This document shows, in pieces, positions 37,629 to 53,732 of a stretch of 64,000 nt of DNA. A program made the translations under genes and the position numbers. Where the stretch lies: the NCBI RefSeq assembly GCF_009914755.1, contig NC_060947.1; one strand, 5' to 3'. The notes beneath the pieces were generated by a model that was not told the DNA's origin, searched no databases, and saw nothing but the letters and a program-made list of their open reading frames with translations. This DNA is from the human T2T-CHM13v2.0 reference genome, Homo sapiens. Each line of letters opens with the position of its first letter. Position 1 is the first letter of the stretch.

Positions 37629-37874
37629 TGTCCTTAAAACAAATAGGAATTAAAACAGAACTGAAATCACATTTGGAGATGAATGCTAATGATGACACAC
37701 TTTTCTCTGCTTGTGAATGAAGAAACCAAAATAGATTCCTGTGGCAAAGATTAATAAGGAGCATGAAGCTTAACTCAAACATAAGGTTAAAGTTGCTGTG
37801 CTTAGTGTACTTGGAGAATTCAACAGAGAATAGAGGCAAGATGAAGGACTGAATATAACCAGGGAGATATTTAC

Positions 37875-37915
37875 CTCTATTCAGGCAAGTCAAAAGTCGA
37901 TCCATTTCTTTCTTC
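37875..37915 (-). CDS. TEX11: TEX11 coding exon (41 nt, phase 2->1): KKEMDRLLTCLNR(A)
   Basis: Acceptor tttattttAG, donor AG|GTaaat. The peptide is visible inside ORF 37471..37971. Confidence 0.95.
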
Positions 37916-39226
37916 CTAAAAATAAAGAAAAGGATATTTTCCAACTGCTCCAAATCTTTACTATAAAACATAACTAAAAAGGGACACTATTTGTGCCTGA
38001 GAATTGAACTAAGAAAATGCAAAATTGTGAAGTTTTTTGCTCAGGACTCCAATCTACCATTTCAACAATCTTCTTCCCCACTGTAGGATACAGTTACTCA
38101 TTCCCAGTGCCCTCATATTTTTTCTCTCTTCTACTTCTTCATAAACTCTCAGCAAAGGATTTCAATGACAAGGTTTTATATTGTAGGGTCATAACACTTG
38201 AGAGCAGCTGGTGATCTCTGTGATTTATAAGCTTTTTTGAAGGGGGGAACTAGAACCCTTATTTCAAATAAAGTTGTATAAAAGTCTAATATACAAGAAA
38301 AGATAAAAGATAAAAGTTGAGCTGCTGTGGTTGAACGAGGAGTGGGTGGAGGCTTGGAGTTTCACCTTCCTGGAAGTCCCTGATGCAGTGCCACAAAATT
38401 TCCACGGTTCTAAGGAATGCAGCTTAAAAAATAACTTATCTTGTACAGACACATCATTTTACAGATGAAGAAAAGAGTAGACCCAGGTTTCCTGACCCCT
38501 CTGTCAAGCTTCTTTAAGCATATAAAATTTAAAAGAGAACTTCCGGTTTCTAGTTATGCATGTAAGGAGCTTGGAAGTTGCCAGTTTCTCCTAACAAGTA
38601 AAACGCTGAACACACTGAAAAATTAGTAACTCTTCTTGGACCTATAAGAGACGAGAGGAAAAAGGGAAAACCACTGCCACAAAAATTGGAGAGAAGGGCG
38701 AAGATAGGGAGTCATAGCTTACTAGAGCAGAGATTCAAAAGTGGAAACTACCATGGGAACCAATGCTGGAGTAGGAAAACCTGAAGCGTAACTGACAAAC
38801 CACTGGAGGCTCAGTGTGGACAAGTCTGAATTAAAAGACTCAGGAGGACCCAGTCATAAGGAGGCCTCCACAGTTTTGTGAGTTTTGCCTCCAGGAGCTT
38901 GGTTAGCTACTCAGTGAATATTGGAGCAAAATCTCTTTATGCATCTTGCAGGGGGCAGAGGAAACAAAACACTTTAAAACATGCCAGAGCACCCTGTTCT
39001 TAACAAGTCTTGCCCTCAAGAGAAACTGCTTAACCACAGCCTGACCTTCTGGGGTATATCAGAGCCTAACTGATCTCGGAGAAGGGAAATACTCAAATTC
39101 AGTCCACTCTAGCCATCCTGTCCCACTTAATGGGGGAGAAAAAAACCTGAGAAGCACTTGTGAAGTTCACAGTCCAGAGGTATAGGCTTGCTAAAAGACC
39201 AATCATAGGACTAAACAATGCTTCCC

Positions 39227-39530
39227 AGCCAGGTGCAGTGGCTCATGCCTGTAATCCCAGCATTTTTGATGCCAAGGCGGGAGGATTGCTTGAATCCAGG
39301 AGTTTGAGACTAGTCTGGGCAACACAGTGAGACCACATTTCTACAGAAATTTAAAAATCAGCCAGCTGTGGTTGCACATGCCTGCAGTTCCAGCTACTCT
39401 GGAGACTGAGGTGTGAGGATCACTTGGGCCTGGGTGGGGGTCAAGGCTATAGTGAGCCATGATCATGCCACTGCATTCCAGCCTGGGTGACAGAACGAGA
39501 CACCATCTCAATAATAATAATAATAATAAT
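39227..39530 (+). mobile_element. AluJ with (AAT)n tail
   Basis: TSD aatgcttccc. Confidence 0.92.
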
Positions 39531-40493
39531 AATGCTTCCCCTCTCCCCACAATTCACCACCACATTACTAAAGGCCTATTTATTAGGAAACTAATAGTTC
39601 CTTTTACCTGGTACATCATGCCCAGCTTTTAAGAAAAAATTAGAAGGCATACTAAAAGGCAGAAAATACAATTTGAAGACACAGAGCAAGCACTAGAACT
39701 AGACATAGCAGGAACGTTGGAATTATCAGACTGGGAATTTAAGACAACTATGATAATTGATCACGATTATGATAATTATTCTAAGGGCTCTAATGGATAA
39801 AGTGGACAGCATGCAAGGGCAGATCAGCAAAGTAATCAGAGAGATGGAAATCCTAAGAACCAAAAAGGAATGCTAGTGATCAAAAACACTGTAACAGAAA
39901 TGAGAAAACCTTTGATGGGCTTATTAGTAGATTGAACAAAGCTGAGGAAAAAAAAAAATCTCTGCCCTTGAGGGTATATAAACAGAAACCTCCCAAACTG
40001 AAAAGCAAAGAGAACAAAGACTGAAAAAAATAGAACAGAATATCCAAGGACTGTGAGACAACTACAAAAGGTGTAACATATGTGTAATGGGAATACCAGA
40101 AGGAGAAGAATAGGTAATGCAACAGAAAAAATACTTCAAATAATATGACTGAGAATTTCCCCAAATTAATGTCATATATATCAAATCACAGATTCAGGAA
40201 GCTCAGAACATCAAACAGGACAAATGACAAAAAAAGACATCTAGGCATTTTATTTTCAAACTACAGGAAATAAAATATACAGACAAAATTCTGAAAAAAA
40301 GCCTGAGGAAAAAATACCTTACCTAAAGAGGAACAAAGATAAGAATTACATTCTACTTCTGCTCAGAAACCACACAAAAAAGAAGAGACTGAAGCAAATT
40401 ATTTAAATGTTGAGAGAAAATCCCACTAACCCAGAATTTTGTACCTTGTGAAATTATACTTCAAAAGTGAAGGAAAATAAAGACTCTCAGACA

Positions 40494-43400
40494 CAGGGGT
40501 GGAGCAAGATTATGGAACAGAAGGCCCACCCATCATCCTCCCCCACCGTAGGAACACCAAATTTAACCACTGTCTACATACAAAAAATGACTCTCATAAG
40601 AACCAAAAATCAGGTGAGCACTCACAGTATCTGGTTCCAACTTCATATTGTTGAAAGAGGAACTGAAGAGGGTAGGAAAGACAGTCTTTAATCACCAATG
40701 CCACCCCTTCCCTATCCCCCAGCAGCTGCCTGGTGCAGAGAAATCTGCGCACTTGAGAAAGAGAGAGAGAGTGCAGAGATTATCAGACTTTGCACTGAAC
40801 TCAGTGCTGCCCTGTCACAGCAGGAAGGAAAACTGGGCTAAACACAGCCAACTCCCGCTAACAGAGGGAACATTTGGACCAGCTGTAGCAAGTGGGGAAT
40901 CTCCCATCCCAGTCGTTGGAATCTGAATTCCAGCAAGCCTCGTCATCATGGGCTAAAGTGCTCTGGGGCTCTAAATAAACTTGAAAGACAGTCTAGGCCA
41001 CAAGGACTGCAAGTCTTAGTGCTGAGCTGGGCTCAGAACCAATGGACTTGGGGGCATGCAACTTACTGAGCCACCAGCTGGGGTAGCTAAGGGGGTGCTT
41101 GTTCCACCCCTCCCCAACCCTGGGTAGCATAGCTTGTGGCTCCAAAGGAGACCTCTTCCTTCCGCTTGAAGAGAAGAGAGGGAAGAGAGGGAAGACTTTG
41201 TCTTGCATCTTGGATATCAGATCATCCACAGTAGGATAGGGCACTGGGCAGAGGCATGAGACCCCCATTCCAGGCTCTAGCTCCTGGATGACATTTTGAT
41301 GCACACCCTGGGCCAGAAGAGAACCCATTGCCTTGAAGGGAAGGACCCAGTCCCGGAAGGATCCATCACCTGTTGACTGAAGAGCCCTTGGGCCATGAAT
41401 AATCAGCAGTGATCCCAAGTAGTACACTGTAGGCCTTGGGTGAAACTCTGAGATGTGCTGGCTTCAGGTGAGATCCACCACATTCCCAGCTATGGCAACT
41501 ATGGTGAGAGACTCCTTCTGCTTGAGAAAAGCAGAGGGAAAAGTAAAGAGGACTTTGTCTTATGCCTTAGGTACCAGCTCAGCCACAGTAGGGCAGAGCA
41601 TCAAGCGGGATCTCAGGATCCCCAATTCTAGGCCTTGGCTCTTGAGTGGTATTTCTGGACCTGCCTTGGGCCAGAGGGGAGCCCACTGCCCTGAAAGGTG
41701 AAATAAGGCCTGGCAGCATTTACCACAAGGTGACTGAAGAGTCCTCAGGCTTTAAGTGAACATCAGCGGTAGGCTGGCAGTACTCCCCATGGGCCTGTGG
41801 AAGTGGGAGGGAAGAGTGGGAAGGACTGTGTCTCATGGTTTGACAGCCAGCTCAGCCACAGTAGAAGAGAACATCTGAGCTACACTTCTAAGGTTTTTGA
41901 CTGCCGTCCCTGGCTCCTGGACAGCTTCTCTGGACTCACCTGGGGCCTGGGGGAACTTGCTGCCCTGAAGAGGACACAGGACTAGCTGGTTTCACCACTT
42001 GCTGATTGCAGAGCCCTAAGGCCTTGAACCAACAACACAGGTGGTAGTCAGGTAGTGCTTACAGTGGGCCTTGGGTGAGAACCAGGGCTGTGTTGGCTTC
42101 AAGTCTGACCCAGTGCAGTTCTAGTGGTAATGGCCATAGGGGTGCTTGTATCAACATACCCCCAATGCCAGACAGTTCAGGAGAGAGTGAGAGAGAGAGA
42201 CAGAGAAAGAGCGAGAGAGAGAGAGAGACTCCGTTTGTTTGGGGGAAAGTAAGGGAAGAGAACAAGAGTTTCTGCTTGGTAATCTAGAGAATTCTTCCGG
42301 ACCTTATTCAAGACCACCAAGGTAGTACCTCTATGAGTCTCCAAGAACTATAGCATTACTGGGCTTGTGGTGTCCCCTAATGCAGATACAGCTTAGATCA
42401 CAGCACCCAAGTACTTTTAAATATCACGAAAGCCCTCCCAAGAAGGACAGGTACAAATAAGCCCAGAATGCAAAGACTACAATAATACTAATTATTCAGT
42501 GCCCAGATACTGATGAACACCCAGAAGCATCAAGACCACCCAGGAAAACATGATGTCACCAAATGAACTAAATAAGACACCAGGGACCAGTTCTGGAGAA
42601 ACAGAGGTATGTGACCATTCAGAAAGAGAATTCAAAATAGCTGTTTTGAGGAAATTCAAATTCAAAATAACAGAGAAGAAATTCAGAACTCTATCACATA
42701 AATTTAACAAAGAAATTAAAATAATTAAGAATCAAGCAGAAATTCTGGAGTTGAAAAATGCAATTGAAGAATATATCAGAGTTTCTAAATAGTAGAACTG
42801 ATCAGGCAGAAGAAATAACTAGTTAGCTCAAAGACACACTATTTGAAAACACACGGTGAGAGGAAAAAAGAAAAAAGAATTTAAAAATGATGCACAGCTA
42901 CAAGATCTAGAAGACAGTTTTAAAAGAGCAAATGTAAGAGTTAATGGCCTTGAAGAAGAGGCAGAGAAAGTGACATGGGTAGAAAGTTTCTTAAAGGGAT
43001 AATAATAGAAAACTAGAGAAATCTAGAGAAAGATATCAATATCCAAGTACAAGAAAGTTACAGAACACCAAGTAGATTTAACCCAAAGAAGACTACCTCA
43101 AGACATTTAATTATCAAACTCTCAAAGGTTCAGGATAAAGAAAGAATCCTAAAAGCAACAGAAAAGAAACAACATACAATGGCGTTGCAATATGCTTGGC
43201 AGCAAACTTTTCCATGGAAACCTTACAACTGGGAGACAATGGCATGACGTATTCAAAGTGTTGAAGGAAAAAACTTTTACCCTAGAATAGTATTATCTGG
43301 CAAAAATATCCTTTAAACATGTAGGAGAAATAAAGGCTTTCCCAGACAAACAAAAGCTGAGGGATTTCGTCAACACCAGACCTGTCCTAAAAGAAATGTT

Positions 43401-44559
43401 AAAGGGAGTACTTTAATCAGAAATGAAAGGATGTTAATGAGCAAGAAAAAAGCATCTGAAGGTACAAAACTCACTAGTAATATATAAATACACAGAAAAA
43501 AACACAATATTATAGCACTGTAAGTACAGTGTATAAACTACCCTTAAATAGAAAAACTAAAAGTAAAAGATGAACCAACCAAAAATAATAAATATAACAA
43601 CTTTTCAAGACATAGACAGTATAAGATATAAATAGAAACAACAAAAAGTTAAAAAGTGAGGGGAAGAAGTTAAGCTGTAGAATTTGTATTATTTTTCTTT
43701 TGCTTGTTAGTAGTTAATTTGTTTATGCAAGCAGTGTTAAGTCATCAGATTAAAATAATGGGTTAAAAGATATTATTTGCAAGCCTCATGATAACCTCAA
43801 ATAAAAAACATAAAACAGATACACACACAAAAAAACAAAGAAGTTAAATCATACCACCAGAGAAAAATCACCTTCACTAAAAGGAAGACAGGACAGAAGG
43901 AAAGAAGGAAGAGATAGTCAGTACATCAAAGAGATATGTGCACTCCCATGTTTGTTGCAGCACTATTCACAATAGCCAAGATTCAGAAGCAACCCAAGTG
44001 TCCGTCAACAGATGAATGGATAAAGGAAATGTGGTACATATACACAATGGAGGACTATTCGGCCATAGAAAATAATTGAGATCCTGTCATTTTCAACAAC
44101 TGGGATGGAACTGGAGGTCATTATGTTAAATGAAATAAGCCAGGCACAGAAAGACAAACTTCACATGTTCTCACTTATTTGTGGGAGCCAAAAATTAAAA
44201 CAATTTAACTCATGGAGATAGAGAGTAGAACGATGGTTACCAGAGGCTGGGAAGGGTTGCGGGGGGTAGAAGGAAGTGAGGATGGTTAATGGGTACAAAG
44301 AAATAGTTAGGAAGAATGTATAAGAGCTAGTATTTTCTAGCACAACTAGGTGACTATAGTAAAAAGTAATTTAATTATACATTTAAAAACAACTAAAAGT
44401 GTATAATCAATAAATGTTTGAGGTGATGGATACCCCATGTACCCTGAAGTGATTATTACACATTGTATGCTTGTATCAAAATATCACATGTAGCCCATAA
44501 ATATATACATCTACTATGTACCCAGAAAAAATTAACAATTAAATTAAAAGAAAGAAAAC
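40494..44559 (+). mobile_element. L1MA element with 5'UTR, ORF1 and 3' end but lacking almost all of ORF2
   Basis: Starts ggggtggagcaagat, has repeated 5'UTR units and an ORF1 remnant at ~42500-43440, jumps near 43915 into the ORF2 tail/3'UTR. TSD ctctcagaca (40484-40493 / 44560-44569). Confidence 0.8.
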
Positions 44560-44715
44560 CTCTCAGACAAAGAAAGTTGAAGGAATTTGTTGCCAGTAGA
44601 TTTCCTTGTAAGAAATGTTAAAAGAAGTTATTTAGAGAGAAGGAAAATGATATAGGTCAGAAACTCAGATCTACATAAAGATAGGAAAAGCATCAAAAGA
44701 AGAATAAGTGAAGGT

Positions 44716-44851
44716 TTTATATATATATATCATTATATATACATATATATCATTATATATTATATATAATACATATACACATATATGTATATACACATAT
44801 ATAATACATATATACACATATACAATACATATATATACATTATATATATAT
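44716..44851. repeat. (TA)n/(TACA)n low-complexity tract
   Basis: Directly visible. Confidence 0.9.
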
Positions 44852-45066
44852 AATGAGATACTACTCAGCCATAAAAGGAATGAAACCATGTCTTTTGCAG
44901 AAGCATGGATAGAACTGGAGGCCATTATCTTAAGTGAAATAACTCAGAAGCAGAAAGTCAAATGCCACATCTCAAGTATAAGTGGGAGCTAAATAATGTG
45001 TATACATGGACACAGAAAGGGATAAAATAGACATTGGAGACTTGGAAGGATGGGAAGGATGGTGGA
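44852..45066 (+). mobile_element. L1PB-type 3' fragment
   Basis: ctactcagccataaaagg…gaactggaggccattatcttaagtgaaataactcag…gacattggagacttggaagg. Confidence 0.75.
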
Positions 45067-45069
45067 GGA

Positions 45070-47650
<2,581 letters not shown>

Positions 47651-48613
47651 GAAAAGAATGGGCCAAAGACCTTAGCAGAAACCTTACCAAAGAAGATATA
47701 CGATGACAAATACACACATAAAAAGACGCTCCAAATCATACATCATCAGAAAAATACAAAATAAAACAATGAGTTACCACTGCATACCTATCAGAATGGT
47801 CAAAATCTCAAACACTGACAACACCAAATGCTGGTGAGGGCACACAGCAACAGGGACTCTTATTCATTGCTGGCAGGAAGGAATGCAAAAGGGTACAGCC
47901 ACTTTGGAAGACAGTCTACCGGTTTCTCACAAACCAAACATACATAGTCTTACCATATGACCCAGCAATCATGCTCCTCGGTATTAATATTTACCAAAGG
48001 AGCTAAAAAGTTACCTGCACATGAATGTTTACAGAAACTTTATTCACAATTGCCAAAACTTGGAAGAAATCAAGATGCCCTTCAGTAGGTGAATGGATAA
48101 ATAAAATGTGATACGTTCATACAATACAATATCATTCAGTGCTATCAAGACACAAAAATACATGGAGGAACCTTAAATGCATATTACTAAGTGAAAGAAG
48201 CGAATGTGAAAAGGCTACATATTGTATGATTCCAACTGTATGACATTCTGGAAAAGACAAAACTATGGAGACAGTAAGGGGTTGATGAAGGAGGAATGAA
48301 TAGGTGGAGCACAGAGAATTTTTAGGGCAGTGAAAATACTCTGTATGATATTGTAATGATACATACATGCCATTATACCTTTGTCCAAACCCATAGAATG
48401 TACAACATCAAGAGTGAACCCTAATATAAATTATGGACTTCAAATGATTATGATATGTCAATTTAGCTTCATCAATTGTAATAACTGTAGCACTCTGGCG
48501 GGGAATGGAGGAGGCTATGCATGTGGTGGGGAGAGGGGATGTATGGGAATCTCTGTGCCTTCCTGTTAGCTTTTCTGTGAACCTAAAATTTAACTAAAAA
48601 AATAAAATATTAG

Positions 48614-48897
48614 GGTCGGGCACGGTGGCTCACACCTGTAATCCCAGAACTTTGGGAGGCTGAGGTGGGAGGATCACGAGGTCAGGAGTTTGAGACTAGC
48701 CTGGCCAACATAGTGAAACCCCGTCTCTACTAAACATACAAAAATTAGCCGGGTGTGGTGGCGGATGCCTGTAGTCCCAGCTACTCAGGAGGCTGAGGCA
48801 GAAGAATCACTTGAAACCAGAAGGTGGAGTTTGCAGTGAGCCGAGATCACACCACTGCACTCCAGCCTGGGCGAAAGAGTGAAACTCGGTCTCAAAA

Positions 48898-48915
<18 letters not shown>
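48614..48915 (+). mobile_element. AluSg-like, inserted in the L1MC tail
   Basis: Full dimer, flanked by aaaataaaatatta on both sides. Confidence 0.92.
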
Positions 48916-48929
<14 letters not shown>

Positions 48930-49999
48930 AATAAAAATAAAATATTAAACTTAAAAAATAAAATGAAATAAAAACTTAAAGCAAACAAAGGAATGAATAC
49001 GAAAGTATTGGCAAACTCAACTAAGGAAGTTTACAGGAAGAAGGGTAGAACATACTATAAGACTGGCCTTATCAGTAGAGGTTTAACATATAAAGACTGT
49101 GGTCAGGAAAAGCAGCAGATTTTTCAGGGATAAATCTTAGAAGTCTGGTTTATATAAAGTAACTTCTTACAGTAAATTTATTAATTTGAATTTCAGCCAA
49201 GCTAAAGTTGATTTCTTCACTGCTTAATTCGGTGACTTCATATCAAATAATCTAGGAAGGGTCCATTAATAAAAATATACAGTACAAATAAGAATGAAGA
49301 CATGCAAAGGAATGTATAATCTATTTAAGAGAAAAACTGCTTTTAAAAAATTTAGCATATGAGTTGTTAGTACTTAGGTAGATACTGCTCATTTATAACC
49401 ACAGGAATTTTGGAACAGAAAAGGCCTATAAAAATTATCCAGTCCAGTTTTTAAAATTTTACAGATGAGGAAAATAAAGCTTAGAGAAGTTAAAGAAGTT
49501 GCCATTGCCTACAGTAAACCAAAAGTTATTGAAATAGCTGAACCTACAATTCAATTCTCTTGAGCCCTCTCATTGAATTAGGCACTTAAAATATTTTTTA
49601 CAAGTTAGTCTAATCTATTTGTTAAATCAGGTTCTAACCTCTACCTGAAAACATTGCTAGAGGATGTTCTCTGTCACTGCATTTACTTGAAAACAATGAA
49701 GGTATATTTTAAAAAGTGTTTGTAATTTCTCATTAATTCAAACAGGATTCCCTCCCTTACCCCATTTCCCAATTGGTTTTAATGTGTGTGGTTTGACTGT
49801 ATGCCACAATTATGAGAAATATGAAGCATCTTTAAGTCCAGTGCTGGAGATATTATAAATAACTAATATTCAGTCATTTAAATAAATCGAATGGCAATTA
49901 TGTGTCAGATACTGCCCTAGGTTTCAGTGATACAAAGATAAATACAAATATAGTCCTAGCCCTAAAGGTACTCTTACAATCTAGTAGTTATCATGGTTT

Positions 50000-50370
50000 A
50001 GTCCTTTTTTAAAAAAGCTTCTTATTGGTGAAAACTTCAAAGATGTCCAAATGTTAACAGACAAGCATAATGAATCCTCATGTACCTATCACACAGCTTC
50101 AATAATTATTAACTCATCATCAATCTTATCTCCTTGATACCTCCACCCACTTCTTCCTCTCCCATATTATTTTGAAGCAAATTCCAGACATCACATTATT
50201 TCATCCATACATATTTCAAGATGTGTCTGTAAGAGATAAGCAATCTTTTAAAAAACCAACCACACTACAATTATCATGTCTAAAAGTTAATAATTTCTTA
50301 GTATCAGCAAATATTTGGTCATTATTCAAAATTCCAATTGCTTCATCTTTTGTTTGGTTTGTTTGAATTC
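50000..50370 (-). mobile_element. L1MC4/5-type 3' fragment
   Basis: aatgaatcctcatgtacctatcacacagcttcaa…ttttgaagcaaattccagacatcac. Confidence 0.65.
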
Positions 50371-50904
50371 CCTTCTAATGGATTTATGAAGCCTATAAAG
50401 AAAAGGCAAAACTTATAATATGCAATTGGGTAAAATTTGCATTATGAAAATGACAGTTATAAGTCATCTGTCCTATGTTACCTCAGTCAAAGATATATCC
50501 AAAAGAATTTATTTGAAAAAATACATTGCCTCCAGCTGCAAAAGTGAAGTAGAGGGAACTATTACAGAGTTCTTGTCTAAGCAGAGAATGCAGAGATGGG
50601 TGATATTTCTCTGAAAGTTATCCCTAATCAACACCCCGAGTAGAGTTTTCTTTCAAATAATCAGGAGGTAGTGAGATTTGTGAACGAAAAATTGGTGACC
50701 AAAGTCTTCAACGAATTGTTAAGTTTTAATATCTTATTCCAAAGATATTGTGCACAGAAATATATTTGAATACTCTCAGCAGACCTGATACAGAATCATA
50801 ACCAACAAGCCATCCAGGTTATATGTTCTGTGGGAAAGTAAGAGATATGTCTATATTTGAGTCATCTGTTAAGAAAGGGGGAACAGATGCAATATCATAA
50901 TTCT

Positions 50905-51215
50905 ATCATAGATAACATTATTGAGGGCTTATTAAGTTCCTGACACTTCTAAATGTTTCACATGTATTAACTTATACTCTCATTTCTCTGCAGATCACAT
51001 AAGTCTTTTGCCTTTTAGATGTTTTAACTCATTGAGTCATCACAGCAACCCAATGGTGTAGGTATTATTATTCTTCCCACTTTACAGTTGGGGAAACTGA
51101 AGCCCAGAGACATTAAGAAACTTGCTGAAGGTTACACATCTGGTAAGCAGCAGAGCCAGGATATGAACCCAGGAAGACTGGCCCCAAAACCTGTATTGAT
51201 CTTACCCACTACACT
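50905..51215 (-). mobile_element. MIR
   Basis: The core cccactttacagttggggaaactgaagcccagag…gagccaggatatgaacccagg. Confidence 0.8.
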
Positions 51216-51300
51216 AAGTATCTCTGAATATATGATTTATATTGTAAGTTACTATAATTTGTCTAATGGGGAATACATCATTTTTGTTGAAATAACTCAC

Positions 51301-51357
51301 TTATCTTCAGATTCCGGCATTTCAGCAATTTTTGGAAGAAGAAAACGAAGCAAACAC
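51301..51357 (-). CDS. TEX11: TEX11 coding exon (57 nt, phase 2->2): CLLRFLLPKIAEMPESED(K)
   Basis: Acceptor tcatacAG, donor AA|GTgagt. Frame is continuous. Confidence 0.95.
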
Positions 51358-52189
51358 CTGTATGACAAAGTAATATGGAAAGTGATTCTTAGGTTAGGAA
51401 GAAACATGTGTGAATGAATACATACCAAGTTACTAACCTTGATTACTCTGGGAGGGAGAAGTGAGAAAAGAGAGGGTAAAGGGGAGATTAATCTTATTTA
51501 ATTTATATATATTTTATTGTTTTAACAGTTGCAATGAAAACATACCAATTTTATAATTTTGAAAGAGGAATTTAATAAAAGAGTTTTAAAACAAAAGCGT
51601 TGCTTATAACAAATTCTTAAATGGTTCCACAGTTTATACCATTGCTCAAAAACACCTGCTAGAACATCAGGTATGGTAAATCAGTCTTTATCTTTCTCTT
51701 TCTGTAGAGGAACTAGAACTGGCCTTTGGGTCTCAAACTGGGATCACTATTCTTTGAAGGGATCTGGCAGCATAATGACAAACTGACAAAATAAGGTAGT
51801 TGGTAAAGTTTTAAAACCTAAAAAGCTTTAAAAAATACTATCTGTCCTGAATGATTTTTAAATATTTACCTTACTGAAGGGATGCAAGTATCTCAAGACT
51901 CCTCTGACTCTTTTATTTATGTGACTCCATTTCCCTTTGGAAATGTGGCCTCAAGTGTAATTGACCAACAGGAGAACCACTCTAGAATCCTGCTGGTTTC
52001 TTATTTCTCACTGTGGCATTTTCTCAGTCATACCATTAAGTATTTATCAAGTCCCAACCTCACCCTCCTCTGCTTCGCTATTTTATGTAAGTTTCCTTGA
52101 TCTCAATAGCACTATTTTGGCAGTTTATTGACTAAGAGCAAGATAAGCAGAGGAAATACTTTCTCTTCCACAGGATGTAGGTTACTTAC

Positions 52190-52275
52190 TTTACAGCTGT
52201 AAGAACTTGTTCCTGGTCTTCTGAATGTTGAGCTAAATATTCCAAAGCTTTTTCTGCCACAATTTGTTGTCCATT
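52190..52275 (-). CDS. TEX11: TEX11 coding exon (86 nt, phase 0->2): NGQQIVAEKALEYLAQHSEDQEQVLTAV(K)
   Basis: Acceptor tgttctttttAG, donor AA|GTaagt. Frame is continuous with both neighbouring exons. Confidence 0.95.
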
Positions 52276-53111
52276 CTAAAAAGAACAAATATAATACGTT
52301 AAATTACATCTCAAAGTGATACTGCAAAATATTATCTATATTCCTGTTCATTAAAGATAAGACAAATATCTAAACATGTTCATTTTGTATTCTCAAAAAC
52401 GCTACTGCAAGATGGTAGAATGAAGATGCAACTCACTGACAAAAACAGAACACATTTGCATTAGCCCCGGAAACCGAATCCTCCCTATTCACAAACACTC
52501 AAAGCCTTGCCAATACTACCCTTAGTCCACTAGGACTAATCTTATTGTGCTCTTTATCCCCCACTTATTAGCAGTAAACAAAAGAACCCCAGATTGTCAG
52601 GTCACCCTCATTTCCAGCACTCTATTCCCAAAAGTCTCCATATATCCCCTCTTCTGTCCTCTTTTTCTATCTCTCCCCGACTCCTCCAACCCTTCCACTA
52701 TGCTCTCTGAAATTCAGTCCACTTTCAGCAAAATCTCCTCTACCAGCAACCTCTTCCCTAAAAGTTTCCTCCATATTCTTGCTCTAATGGAAATCTAGGT
52801 TTCTGCCAAGGATGCTGCTTCCACTGAAGCCCTCTTAAGTGGTAGCTGTTTTTGCTCTCACTAGCTTACCCATAGGCCTGGAGATGGAGTAGGTGTCTTT
52901 CTTGCTCTTCATTGCCATTTTAAAATTATTCTCCCATTCTATTCCCTAAAATCCTCAACTTTGAATTTCCTATAACCAGACTATATCACCCACTACCCTT
53001 CATTGTTGCTGTGGCCTACTAGCTCCCAGGTCATTTCTTCTCATTTGTTGGTGACTTACTTATTGCTCAGTTATATTTTCCAAAAACTGCTCCTGTCTTA
53101 ATTTTTGGCAT

Positions 53112-53419
<308 letters not shown>

Positions 53420-53557
53420 TAGGTAGAGGATCCTCCCAATATTCTAGTTTCCTGGTTTCTGAAATTTTACTCTAACAATTACCTTAGCCATTTACTCCCA
53501 CAGTCATTCACTAGACTCTGTCATTACTAACAATTGCAATCATTTCACACTCTCAGT

Positions 53558-53732
53558 CAGGGCTAGGAGTAGGGTGGGACAGGTGAGGTGAGTGAAGCAC
53601 CTAGGGTGAAAAATTTAAGGAGGCTCTCAGTGTTGTACAAGTACCAAGCCTTTACTTGTACCACCCAGAGAATAAGTTCCTCCTTAAGTTTTGTGCCCTA
53701 GGTGTCTCCCTCCCTCCCCCTAGTTCTCCACC
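53558..53732. mobile_element. MER96-like palindromic hAT MITE
   Basis: cagggctaggagtagggtg…cctagggtgaaaaatttaaggagg / cctccttaagttttgtgccctagg inverted arms. Confidence 0.8.

Noticed and set aside
53558-53732. Long hairpin as a novel ncRNA or pre-miRNA
   Set aside because: Explained by the palindromic MER96-like MITE.
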